A stretch of DNA of 63,437 nt, counting the filler, from Octopus bimaculoides (taxonomy: Eukaryota), in NCBI RefSeq assembly GCF_001194135.2. It is 5 parts of 5 records of this genome, joined end to end, with 100 filler letters (N's around TTAATTAATTAA, not from the genome) between each part and the next. Parts side by side here need not be neighbours in the genome. Positions count along the whole stretch, not along the records: positions 26,948 to 41,974 come from NC_068984.1; positions 42,075 to 48,903 come from NC_068990.1; positions 49,004 to 63,437 come from NC_069006.1; 2 more parts are not named here. One strand, given 5' to 3'. The notes beneath the pieces were generated by a model that worked only from the letters and a program-made list of their open reading frames with translations, did not search any database and was not told where the DNA came from. Made by a program: the position numbers and the translations under genes. Shown piece after piece: positions 38,580 through 50,045 of the stretch; positions within the stretch are counted from its first letter, which is position 1, and every line of letters begins with the position of its first letter.

Positions 38580-39990
38580 TGCAAGCCTCTACCCTTTTCA
38601 TTTCTTCATGAATAGAGGCATCCGTTGTCACTGCCTCTGTGGAAGCTTCCAGTTAATAATAGGATCTTAATGTCAAAGTAGTGGATTTTCTCTACAGACC
38701 TGTCAAGTACCTCAATGGTTCTGCAAGGTTCCCCGAAGCACATGTAAAGTTGTTTTTCACTGTAAAACGTTGACCCTGTTTGAAAAAGAACTCCGATCCC
38801 TCAATTAGTTTGACGCATATACCACAGTTTGGTCCTCCACATTTTTTTACTGACAGCTTCAGTGTTGTTGTTGAGAGTACTTGGGCTTGTGTTAGGAGAC
38901 TTTTCATAGATTTGGGTTGTCTTTTGCACATTATGACGGTGTACGTTTGGAGGATTAAATTCATTTTGTGGTCCCTACTACTAAAAAAGTAGGGGCATGT
39001 TCTGGAGGATGGTGTCGAAGGCTTCATTGTTGAGATGGTTGTGTGTGGAGATGTATGGTAGGGCTTTTAGTTTGGGATGTCTGATTTCATGGATCTTGAG
39101 TTGTGGGGCTCGTTGAAGGCCTATATGATGGTGGGTAGTTCCTGGTAATGAGTATATCCTTTAATTCATGTAGTCGTGTGTCCCTGATGCTTCTATTTGA
39201 AACTATAGTAAAATCCTTTTTGCTAGGTTGAAGGGGATATTCATTCTGGTGTGTCTGGGGGTGGTATAAGTAGAACGGTAGATATTGCTTGGAGTCCGTG
39301 GGCTTATAGTATATATTTGTTTCTAATTCATTGTTAGATTTCTTGATGAGGATGTCGAGAAATGGAAGTTGTTGCTGGCTATACTCCATCGTGAATTGAA
39401 TGTTTCTATTATGTTGTTAGATTTCTTAATGAAGATGTCGAGGAAGGGAAGTTGTTGCTGGCTATATTCCATCGTAAATTAAATCGTTACGTCAAGTCCA
39501 TTTATAAGTGCTTGGAATTCCTTAAGTCTCTCTATACTTTCATGCCAAAGAATGAAACAGTTATCCAGATACCTCTTCCAGTTATTTTCTATGTAGAGGG
39601 AGAATGGGTTGCGTATTTTTCTAGTACCTTACGATAAAGACTGATTTCTAGATATCCTATGACTAGGTTAGCAAAGGAGGGAGCCATTCTCGTACCCATC
39701 GTAGTACCCGATTTTTCTCGATAGAAGTTGTCTTTGAAGACAAGCTAGTTATTTTCCAAGATGAATTTTACACCTTCTATTACGAATTCTTTTTTGATGC
39801 GATGTGGGAGTTCATTGGATTAATTCTCTAGTCAGAATTGAATTGCTTCTATTTTTAGGCTGTGAGGGATATTAGAATAGAGGTTGACTACATCGAAGGA
39901 TACTAGTAGGGTGTTTTGTTCATTGTTTTAGGGAGGTGGTTGAACATATCTAGGTCGTCCTTTATGTAGCTTTTGATATACTTTTGATAT
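38580..39990 (-). mobile_element. Second degenerate Penelope-like element (RT and start of GIY-YIG)
   Basis: GTTMGTRMAPSFANLVIGYLE, LPFLDILIKK, YYKPTDSKQYL, KKCGGPNCGIC..FTCASGNL; 83-bp internal tandem duplication at 39331/39414. Confidence 0.85.
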
Positions 39991-40082
39991 TACAACCACA
40001 ACAGGTCACTTGATCATTTAAGAGGATTCCACCAACATCTTACAATTGTCATACCGCTACTGCATTTTTATTATTCTTTCTC

Positions 40083-40167
40083 TTCTTTTCCTTCTTCTTC
40101 TTCTTCTTCTTCTTCTTCTTCTTCTTCTTCTTCTTCTTCTTCTTCTTCTTCTTCTTCTTCTTCTTCA
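40083..40167. repeat. (CTT)n trinucleotide tract
   Basis: Direct inspection. Confidence 0.95.
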
Positions 40168-40244
40168 TGATAAAATTATTTTATCATTTTCTACCTTGTC
40201 TTATTTTCCTTATACATATTAACTCGTGTGTTCCTTGTAAATAC

Positions 40245-40470
40245 GTGGCACTCCGTCGGTTACGACGATGAAGGTTCCAGTTGATCCAGAACAGCCTGCT
40301 CGTAAAATTAACAGGCAAGTGGCTGAGCACCCCACATTCATGTGTACCCTTAACGTAGTTCTCGGGGAGATTCAGCGTGATACAAAGTGTGGCAAGTCTG
40401 GCCATTTGAAATACAGTTACAACAGAAACAGGAAGAAAGAGTGAGAGAAGGTTGTGCTGAAAGAGTACAG
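40245..40470 (+). mobile_element. Interspersed SINE-like repeat fragment
   Basis: ggcactccgtcggttacgacga...ttaacgtagttctcggggagattcagcgtga recalled as an abundant octopus repeat; single copy here, not verified. Confidence 0.45.
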
Positions 40471-40471
40471 C

Positions 40472-41162
40472 ACGAATGCTGCCGTTGATGGCCTCTAGCT
40501 AGTTTTGTGACACACAAACCTGTGTCCATTACAACCTTCGAACAGGGGAGGTTCCCCATGCTGATTCAGACATCTACAAACTAGTTTCAGGGTATTTGTT
40601 CTTTATCAACGTGGAGAAGTTGAACCCAGCAGGCGTCGCAGTTGACTATCTGTTCGAAGGTTTATATATATTCACTGGAACACATCCACTGGTTTTCAAA
40701 AATAGAAATATTACTAGCTAGAGGCGATGGCCTCTTGGAGCTAATCAACGGCAACATTCGTCCTATTTTTACGGACTGCCAAGTTAGCATAGCGATAGCT
40801 ATTAATACCCAGTACTGCTGCCGTAGTCTCCTTTAGAGAGATTTAGAAATAATAATATCTCTATTTTTGAAAACCAGTGGATGTGTTCCACTGAATATAT
40901 ATAAACCTTTGAGCAGACAGTCCACAGCGACGCCTGTTGGGTTGTACAACTCCACATTGATAAAGGGCAAACACCCTGAAACTAGACTGTAGATGTCTGA
41001 ACCAGCATGGGGAAGCTGATGATCTCCCCTGTTCGAAAGTTGTAATGGACACAGGTTTGTGTGTCACATACCTAGTTAGAAGCCATGCCATTGCCTCTTG
41101 GACCTAATCAACGGCAGCATTCGTCCTATTTTTTTGGACTGCCATGTTAGCTTGGCGATAAC

Positions 41163-41165
<3 letters not shown>
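40472..41165. repeat. Three-part repeat: inverted copy (40472-40712), short direct 3' copy (40713-40802), full direct copy (40852-41165)
   Basis: Reverse-complement and direct matches seen by eye (gtgtcac..ctag.tagaggc..atcaacggcagcattcgt). Confidence 0.8.
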
Positions 41166-41216
<51 letters not shown>

Positions 41217-41267
41217 TGTGTGTGTGTGTGTGTGTATTAATATTAATATTATTCTTTTACTTGTTTC

Positions 41268-41478
41268 AAGACGGCGTGCTGGCAGAAATGCCGGACGAAA
41301 TGCTTAGCGGTATTTCGACCGTCTTTATGTTCTGAGTTCAAATCCTGCGGAGGTCGACTTTGCATTCCATCCTTTCGGAATCGATAAATTAAGTACCAGT
41401 TCCGTACTGGGGTCGATATAATCGACTGGCCCCGCTCCCACCAGATTTCGGGATTTGCGCCTAGAGTAGAAAAGATTC
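41268..41478 (+). mobile_element. tRNA-derived SINE family 2
   Basis: tggcagaa A-box, gagttcaaatcc B-box, central gtcgactttgc.ttccatcctttcgg..tcgataaattaagtaccag domain; other copies at 49075-49185(-), 54737-55300(+), 60695-60810(-), 62431-62530(+). Confidence 0.85.
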
Positions 41479-41867
41479 TTTTACTTGTTTCAGTCATTTG
41501 ACTGTGGCCTTCCTGGAGCACCATCTTTATTGGAACAAATCAACCTTAGGACTTATTTTTTGTAAGCCTAGCACTTATTCTATCGGTTGATTTTGCCGAA
41601 CCGGTAAATTACGGGGACGTAAACACACCAACATCAGTTGTTAAGCGACGGAGGGGCTACACAGACACACAAATACATACATATAGATATATACACGATA
41701 TATATATATACTTCTTTCAGTCTCTGTGCACCAAATGCACTCATAAGGCTTTGTTCGGCCCGAGGCTATAGTAGAAGACATTTGCCCCTAGGTGTCAAGC
41801 AGTGGGACTGAATCCGGAACCATGTGGTTGGGAAGCAAGCTTCTTACCACAAAGCAACTCCTGCGCC
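41478..41867 (-). mobile_element. SINE family 1 full length, abutting the SINE2 tail and an (ATT)n tract
   Basis: Reverse complement of the consensus seen at 11-397. Confidence 0.88.
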
Positions 41868-41970
<103 letters not shown>

Positions 41971-42074
41971 TATANNNNNNNNNNNNNNNNNNNNNNNNNN
42001 NNNNNNNNNNNNNNNNNNTTAATTAATTAANNNNNNNNNNNNNNNNNNNNNNNNNNNNNNNNNNNNNNNNNNNN

Positions 42075-42237
42075 CGTGCGTCCGTAGCTTTTGGCTCTAC
42101 GTACGTTCGTTCGATTTTTGAGAGTTAGGCACGTGCGTCCGTAGCTTTTGGCTCTACGTACGTTCGTTCGATTTTTGAGAGCTAGGCACGTGCGTCCGTT
42201 GCTTTTGGCTCTACGTACGTTCGTTCGATTTTTGAGA
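42075..42237. repeat. 57-bp CpG-rich tandem repeat, at least 3 units, running into a gap
   Basis: Units start at 42075, 42132 and 42189. Confidence 0.95.
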
Positions 42238-42409
42238 ATTCTCCAATGCAAGTATACCTCATTCAATTAATTCGGTTTATATTATGTGATAAATAGATTA
42301 GTGAGAAAGAACTGCTCTCATGCCTTTCACAAGGAAACCATTTCAGAACTTTCAAAGCAAAAATACACTACACAAAACATTTGATTATTACAGTTCCTTA
42401 GAATAATGA

Positions 42410-42814
42410 TCAACTTTTTCTTGTGGCTGATGCATCAGACACTGCAATCGGTGCTGTTTTACAGTAATTTCATCAGCAACATTTAAAGCCCTTTGCTTTT
42501 TTCTCTCAGCAGCTGAAACCTGCTGAGATGCATTCAATTGCAAATTGTTTGCAATATATCTGTCAGTGAAGCATTTTCAACACATCCTTGAAGGCAGGAG
42601 CTTCACTATATATACTGACCATAAACCTCTTATCTTTGCCTTGCAGTCCAAGCTGGAAAAGTATTCAGCAAGAGAGACTCGACATCTGGACTTTATATCA
42701 CAGTTCACCAGCGATATTCAACACAGCTCCGGTGCACAAAATACTGCTGCAGATGCATTGTCCCATTTGCTGATCAATTCTTTAGCATCTACTGTGGATA
42801 TTGATCTGTACTAG
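42410..42814 (+). mobile_element. Ty3/Gypsy pol RNase H fragment
   Basis: ADASDTAIGAVLQ, LFAIYLSVKHFQHILEGRSFTIYTDHKPL, NTAADALS. Confidence 0.9.
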
Positions 42815-43564
42815 GCTTACAAAGAATAAGTCCTGGAGGTCAATTCATCTGACTAAAGGTAGTGCTCCAGCATGGCTGCAATCAAATGACTGAAACAAAT
42901 AAAAGAACAAAATACGTACAATTTGTATGACTTTAAATATTAGCCGGAAATAAAATTCTTCTGATATTTACTTTCGGATTTGAAATGGATTTTATTTGAG
43001 AAATATAACACATTTATTACTTTTTTGTTTTATGACAATTGACATTTTAAAAGAAAATATGACCTTGAAAACATTTACAGTTAAAAGAGGTAATTTTTCT
43101 GACAGGATAAAGAAATATATTTGTTATTAATGCTCCATCAAAATAAATATTAGAAAAAAACGGTCGTAAAAACGTTTATTTACAGTGTAATAAAAGCGTT
43201 CCTTTAAGTAACATGACGAAACATGTTTAGTTTCATTTTTATGCTCTACTGGAATTTAGAAGGAAAAAGTCCTGAAAACTTTTATACTTTTTGTTTTAAA
43301 ATGGATTCCAATTGGGAAACAGCATGTTTACTTTTTTTATTGCACTACTTCAAATGAAATAATCTAGAAAAAAATGGTCAGAAAAATATCATTTACTGTT
43401 TTAAAGAGTTGCTTATTCAAAACAAAATATATATATATTAAGGACAACAAGTATGGGGAGATGACTGTAATAAGAAACAAATCTAAGCAGCAGGTTTAGT
43501 TCTATTGGAATTTATATCTACTTGAAGAATGTAATACTTATATCTTCTCTCAAGTAATCTACAG

Positions 43565-43752
43565 GAAAATTTGATCTGAGTATTTTGATCTATGAAAACA
43601 TTGCGTTTCTTCAACAAACAGTAGTGAACTGTACTTTTCCCATTGCCATCAAGGTGGTCTGCTCAGCCAGATTAGGGCAAACTGATTCCCCAAACACAAC
43701 ACAACAATGGTTCCCCTTCGACTCTTCCATTGTCCAACTGACAATGCATTAA
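43565..43752 (+). CDS. Candidate terminal exon, 61 codons (KFDLSILIYENIAFLQQTVVNCTFPIAIKVVCSARLGQTDSPNTTQQWFPFDSSIVQLTMH*)
   Basis: cttctctcaagtaatctacag acceptor, open frame of non-repetitive composition; no homologue recognised. Confidence 0.25.
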
Positions 43753-44249
43753 GACATAATTAATGTTGAATAAGAAATAACAGATTAAGAATTCAGTTTT
43801 CTTCTGAGCCATTCCCTCAGGCCAGACCACACAACTTTATTAAATATGACATGCTTTTTCATTTTGTTTATTTAACACTAAAAAGCAATGATGTAGATTA
43901 TCATTTTCAGTCACTGGACTGTGGCCATACTACGGCACCGCCTTGAACGGGTTTAGTCAAATGAATAGACCCCAGTACTTATTTTTTAAAGCCTGGTACT
44001 CATTCTAGAAGACTCTTTGCGGAACTACCTATCCCTACCTCTCACAAGGAAACCATCTCAGAATTCTCCAAAACAAGATTACAATACACAATTCATTTGG
44101 TTATAATTCTTTAAAATGGTAACCAACTTCAATGTAAAATAAATAAATGAGAGATACAGTGACAAAGTTCATAGAGTGCCACATTCTGTCCTTCAACACC
44201 CTCTGTGTGTATCCCCTTGTGGGTAGTAAGGAAATAAGAATCAAAAGCT

Positions 44250-45050
44250 TTGGTTTGAGTAGGAGTCAGTAAAACGGTCTCGTTCTTCTTACATTGGTTC
44301 TTGAGAAGCTCAGTAAGTGGAAACAGGAGTCCAGTGCATTGAGGAATGGATCAATGATAGAAATTAAGTAAGCCAAGAAAGTAGCATAACTGATGAAAGG
44401 AAGTTGGCGGAGGAATGTCCTCAATAACTTGCACTTAGCCTGGTGGAGGTCGAATACCATCTTTGTCTATGATGTAACCAGGAAACCAAGGAAGGTTGTG
44501 CCAAAGGCATATTTAACTGGGTTAATCCACTTTATATTGATTAAGTTGATGGAAAACTTACATGCATGTTTTTCTGTTGGGGGTGAGCATGACTTGTACG
44601 TTTGATAGCAAATGAGAGAAGAAAAGCTGCTTAAGCATGGCATTGTCCACAAAAGTGTCCTCTGTCATCTCCGACATCTGATGAAGAAGTTGGATTGGCA
44701 TTCTATTACCCAAGTGCTTTTCCTTTACTAAGGTACAAAAATGTTTCTCCGTGGAAAGAGACCTCTGACAGAGAACCTCATTATTTATGGAGTAATAGGA
44801 AGCATTACGAGGTGGGTCTGTGATAAGATCCTTCAAATTGGCTGCTAGTGAGGCAGGAATGGCACTCAACAAGATATGTAACTGTTGTTGCTCCGATGTG
44901 ATCTTGTTCACTGTGAAATCCGCCTCCATTGGTGCGAACCAAACTCTTACATCACCACTGAATACTGGCAACATAGAGTGACTCATGCCGGTCAAAGAAT
45001 GCAACACTAAGAAATGAGTTCTAACATGCACAAGTTAGCAAAATGTGGTG
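44250..45050 (-). mobile_element. Internally deleted Gypsy (Mag-like) element: gag N-terminus fused to RT C-terminus
   Basis: LPVFSGDVRVWFAPMEADF..ITSEQQ, HLGNRMPIQLLHQM; then GYIIDKDGIRPP, FLGLLNFY, PLTELLK. Confidence 0.85.
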
Positions 45051-45784
45051 AGCACTGTTCTCACAGAAAATAAATCCCAAGTATAGCTAGCAAAGAATTT
45101 TTTCTTTTATATATAATTGTAAAACAAATCCAGGAATGGCATAAATTTACGAAACAGGCCTGGATTTAATATCAATGACAGTGAGCAGGATAATGAAATC
45201 CTAATCAAGGCAAGGCGTATGAATCGGGCACTGTTGTGCATACCTAAGGCACGACGAGGTCATGCAGGAAAAAGAAAAGTCAACAAGAAGGGCTGCCATA
45301 TTAAAAAAAAAACAAATGCACCCACATGGTTAAAGAAAGATTCGCAGCAGGCACAAAAGAAACCATTTCCCTCTGAAATGAAACAGCAGTTACAACAGGG
45401 TAGTACAAAATATATAGATGTTTTGATCTAGTTTGAATTCTTTGCAATCAAATTTGATGGCAAAGAATTCAAGTTCATGTTAAAAGAAGAAATGTTACAT
45501 TTGTGCCATCTTTTCACCAACTGCCTAAAACTCCTGCTTCTCTGCTAGGGCAGATAATTGCCATTTGTATTCTTATGCATCAAGCCCTGGTTGACTGGAG
45601 CATGCCACAGCACAACTATGTTATGCTGCAGCAACACAAAAAAACTTTCCCAACTCACTACACTTTGAGTTACATGTATATGGTGGCATCAAAATCTTGG
45701 CCTTGGATGCATCTATAGTAAGACCAATTTTTATTATGGCATATCAAATAGCTTTTTATAGACTCAGCATGTTAATCTGTAGTG

Positions 45785-45990
45785 ATTGGTTGTCTTACCT
45801 ATCATGTGAATTTGAAATATTGGTTGAGTCCTGTGCTTTGATTGGTTGAGTATTGCACAGAATTTGGATTGAAGACCCAACCATGTTGTGCGTAATACAT
45901 TCTCAAACGACTGATCTGAATCTGCACTGGAGCCTAGCCTCTGTCTATATAAAGCTCTAACAAATCATTTATGAACAGAAAGGTGAGTGA
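45785..45990 (+). promoter_or_regulatory. Pol II promoter-like module: three ATTGGTTG (inverted CCAAT) boxes, TATATAAAG, then an AAG|GTGAGT splice donor
   Basis: ATTGG at 45785, 45819 and 45841; TATATAAA at 45946; donor GT at 45983. Confidence 0.45.
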
Positions 45991-46220
45991 TTTTCAGGAA
46001 AGCAAGTCATGTTATTTTCCTCCCATTATTTCCCAGAACAGAATTAATATAACGGATCACATGTAACCAACGACGGCCAGAACTGAATTATCCAAAAGAT
46101 GGACGAACTATACAACCACCAGAATTTATGATGTGTTTATTTTGTCCAATGTATTATTTAATGGAGAAATAAAGTCTTGCTGTTATTTTTAAAGTTTGTT
46201 TCCTGTATTACTTCCACAAG

Positions 46221-46330
46221 TGAACATGCAACATATGTTATATATGGGTATGCAAGATTCCATAGTAAAACGAAGGGAGACTTTATACCAACACCATTAA
46301 ATGTCAAATATATCCATGACATCAAATTTG
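46221..46330 (+). CDS. Candidate 110-nt exon (EHATYVIYGYARFHSKTKGDFIPTPLNVKYIHDIKF)
   Basis: ttcctgtattacttccacaag acceptor, TTG|gtaaat donor, open frame, just downstream of the promoter-like module. Confidence 0.3.
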
Positions 46331-46750
46331 GTAAATGCTAACTGTCCAGAGGTGGTCTGAATACAACTGTTGTTAACACAAAAACCTATTTTACTCTTTT
46401 GTATATTGGAGCAGTTGGTGGTTTAAGAGACGTATATTCTCAACATAATAACTTTGATAGCTGAATTCAATTAAACCCCGTGTGTAAATATCATTTTAGT
46501 CAGTTAATTTAATCAAACTTGAATACCAACAGGACAGAGTATAAGAAATGCTATTATAAAAGAGACCATTCATCTTTTAACAAATCAAACTGAATTTAGT
46601 TGTGCTTCTAGCTGTTCTGAACTTGAAAGTTCTAAGCTTAAAGTTATCATCATTAAACGCATGTTTCATGTTCATTCGTTGTTGGAATTATATGTGAATT
46701 TATGAGAATAATACTGTAATACAAAAATTTTCAAGATGCATGATGTCTTC

Positions 46751-46796
<46 letters not shown>

Positions 46797-47560
46797 ACAN
46801 NNNNNNNNNNNNNNNNNNNNNNNNNNNNNNNNNNNNNNNNNNNNNNNNNNNNNNNNNNNNNNNNNNNNNNNNNNNNNNNNNNNNNNNNNNNNNNNNNNNN
46901 NNNNNNNNNNNNNNNNNNNNNNNNNNNNNNNNNNNNNNNNNNCACCACACACACCACACACACACACACCACACACACCACACACACACACACACATGTG
47001 TGAGGAATCTAGTTCTTTTCCTTCACAAAATATGCATTTTTTTAAAAGACAGTAAAAAATCTGAAAATCAGCTATAATAATATAGTTTTCCAGTCTAATT
47101 GCTATGAAAGTATGATGTTGTGGAGAAAAACTTGGAGGAAAAAGTTACAGAGGTTTAAAAATCGAAAAATCTGTGTATTTTTAGTCAATAGCTAGACAGA
47201 ATTTTTCTGTTTAGTGGAGCGGTGTCAACTTTAAGGTTGTACCCTGTGAAATTTATAGTTTAGTGTTTGTGAAATGACCTCTTCGGTGCAGGTTTCTAAA
47301 TAAACAGAAATACCTAATAAAATCAACATGTATCATCTTACTGTTTCTTTAGTCTCTTCATTGATTGTATGTTTTTATTTTTTTATTTGTTATATTAATG
47401 TATTTGTCTGCATGAGTTTACTTTATGCATATTTCAGTATTATGTATACCTGTCATGTATTTGTGTACATCATTAATATATAAGTGTACGTGTGTGTGTG
47501 CATGTGTGTGTGCATGCATGCATGTGTGTGTGCATGCATGCATGTGTGTGTGCATGCATG

Positions 47561-47608
<48 letters not shown>

Positions 47609-47618
47609 NNNNNNNNNN

Positions 47619-47672
<54 letters not shown>

Positions 47673-47999
47673 CACGCGCGCGCACACACACACATCTGAA
47701 AAGGGAGCATCTGTCTCCAAAATTTCTAAGTTGAGTAATGTTTTCGTGCTTGGATTTGTAAACTAAGATAAATTTTTATTAAAACAAAACATGCGGGTGA
47801 AGTAAATCTCATGGTGTGAAGAATCACCACAACATGAGGGTGAAACACAATACAGCATGAGGGTGAAACACAAGACAACATTCGGGTGTCATGGTAACAA
47901 GCTGTTAATGCCTTGCTGTCTGTTGATTGGCTAAAATTACCCAAATTTCCCAAATTTAATTCCAAATAACATCAGATTTTTTAATTTACAAGATTTAGA

Positions 48000-48595
48000 G
48001 TTGGATAGTGGTGATGGGATATCCACGTAGGATGAAGTGGTGAGCCATGAGTTGAGACTGAGTCTCAAAGTCATGGTCATCACTGCATAGACGGAGGAAT
48101 GGGAATAGGGGATAGAAAGCTTGGTGTGTTTAGGGTGGGAGGAGGAGAAGTTGAGGTATGAGTGTGAGTCTATGTAGTGGATGGAGGTGATGAGAGTGGA
48201 GTGATGAATGCTGAACAAAATGTCGAGAAAGGAGACAGAGGTGTCGGAGATAGTGCAGGAGAAGTGGAGGGCAGGATGGAAAGATTTGACAAAAGAGAGT
48301 AAGGAGTCTAGATGTTCAGGGTAGAGTGAGGTCGCACCCATACAGTCGTCAATACAACGGCCATATAGTTCGGGAGTGGGGCCAGTGAAACTTGAGAATA
48401 TTTGGGCCTTAACGTAGCCAACGAACAGGTTTGCATAGTTGGGGCCCATTCTCGTTCCCTTGGCCACTCCCGAGATCTGCTGGTAAAAATCACCAGTGAA
48501 CGAGAAGCAGTTGAGTGAGAGGACAAGTTCGGCCAGATGAATGAGTGTGGGTGTGTTGGGTTGGGGGATGGACATGTGGCAAGAATGGATGAGGA
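48000..48595 (-). mobile_element. Penelope-like RT fragment (third family)
   Basis: LVLSLNCFSF.GDFYQQISGVAKGTRMGPNYANLFVGY, YGRCIDDC, VSFLDI, SHSYLNFSSSHPKHTKLSIPYS. Confidence 0.9.
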
Positions 48596-48600
48596 TAGCT

Positions 48601-48900
48601 GTGTGAAAAAGTGCCACACCCTAGCGGTTGAGGGAACTCATGGAAGACGCAGGCCCAGGAAGACCTGGGATGAGGTGGTGAAGCACGACCTCTGAACATT
48701 AGTCCTCACTGAGGCATTGACTTGTGCCCGAGACCTTTGGAAATATTCTGTGCGTGAGAAGACCCGGCAAGCCAAGTGAGACCAAAATCCAAGGCCTCTG
48801 CCAGGGATATAGCCTGCCCACTTACGCGTAACATTCCTTCATTGGACACTAAACTCCGCTTGCGAAGACCTGTTGAGGCAAGTGAAATCGAAATCGAACT
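48601..48900 (+). mobile_element. RTE LINE 3' end of ORF and 3' UTR
   Basis: VKKCHTLAVEGTHGRRRPRKTWDEVVKHDL..RDLWKYSVREKTRQAK*. Confidence 0.8.
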
Positions 48901-49003
48901 AAANNNNNNNNNNNNNNNNNNNNNNNNNNNNNNNNNNNNNNNNNNNNTTAATTAATTAANNNNNNNNNNNNNNNNNNNNNNNNNNNNNNNNNNNNNNNNN
49001 NNN

Positions 49004-49057
<54 letters not shown>

Positions 49058-49074
49058 CTGTTCTGCTGTAGGTA

Positions 49075-49330
49075 CGAGGCTTGGAATTTGGGGGTGGAGC
49101 AAGTCGATTACGTCGACCCCATTGCTCAACTGGTACTTATTTTATTGACGCCGAAAGATGAAAGGCAAAGTCGACCTCGGCGGTACAACTCATTTTTGCC
49201 AGCTAAGTGAACTGGAACAACGGGAAATAAAGTGACTTGCTCATGGACACAACACGTCGCTTGGAATGGAACCCAGGACTTTCTGATCGTGAGCCGAATA
49301 CCCTATCCACTAAGCTAGGTGCCTTCGCTC
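49075..49330 (-). mobile_element. Composite of a SINE2 central domain and a SINE3 head
   Basis: aaaggcaaagtcgacctcggcgg (SINE2 reversed), then gacttgctcatggacacaacac...ccactaagc (SINE3 reversed). Confidence 0.65.
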
Positions 49331-49704
49331 GCAATTTAATTGATACAATATGTTGTAGAAGTGGTAAGGATTACTTATGGACACCCTATATATAGTCTCA
49401 TATTTATACATTTTGCAGCGACCTTACTGGTGAGCTACGGATGACTAATTAATCAGTCAATTAACTTACTGAGTGATTTATACGGTCATTAATGGTGAAA
49501 GTCATGGGTATAAGGTTACCTGAAATTTTTATTCACTCGAATGTCTTGCTCACGTACAAACAACGTGCTTTAATGTAAGAATGCCTTTTCGTGGTTTTGG
49601 GTTTTGACAGCCATTTTTACATGTAAGAAATCCACATGGTGGTTTTCTCTGTGTATATTTCATACACTATTACATATATATATATATATATGCATATAAT
49701 CATA

Positions 49705-50045
49705 TATAGGTTGTGTGGTAACAAGTTTGCTTCCCAACCACAAGATTCAGGGTTCAGTCGCGCACTGCGCATCACCTTGGGCAAGTGTCTTTTACTATAG
49801 CCTCGGGCCAACCAAAGACTTGTGAGTGGATCTGGTAGACAGAAACTGGAAGAATCCCGTCGTGTATACATACATAAATACGTTTGTCTTTGTCTCTGTT
49901 CGTCCCCTACTCCAACAACTGACAACCGGTGTTGGTGTCTTTATGTCCACGTCACTTAGCAGTTCAGCAATAAAGAACGATAGAACAGTTCAAGTATTAA
50001 AAAGAGAAATTACTGGGGCCAATTCATTCGATTAAAATTTCTTCA
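49705..50045 (+). mobile_element. SINE family 1, degenerate full length
   Basis: Head ggttgtgtggtaacaagtttgcttcccaacc through tail. Confidence 0.85.

Noticed and set aside
41016-41038. CTGATGA-N12-GAAA hammerhead-like motif
   Set aside because: The intervening tctcccctgttc cannot form stem II; CTGATGA is instead the loop of a ggggaag/ctcccc hairpin and is absent from the sister arm
42075-42237. Regular repeats as possible CRISPR arrays (also 24815-25065)
   Set aside because: No unique spacers, no cas genes, eukaryotic context
49419-49429. 11-nt plus-strand microexon (ttttgcag|CGACCTTACTG|gtgagc) and an overlapping 50-nt minus-strand candidate near 49471-49520
   Set aside because: Good splice signals, but they conflict in strand and cannot be tied to any gene; such pairs arise by chance
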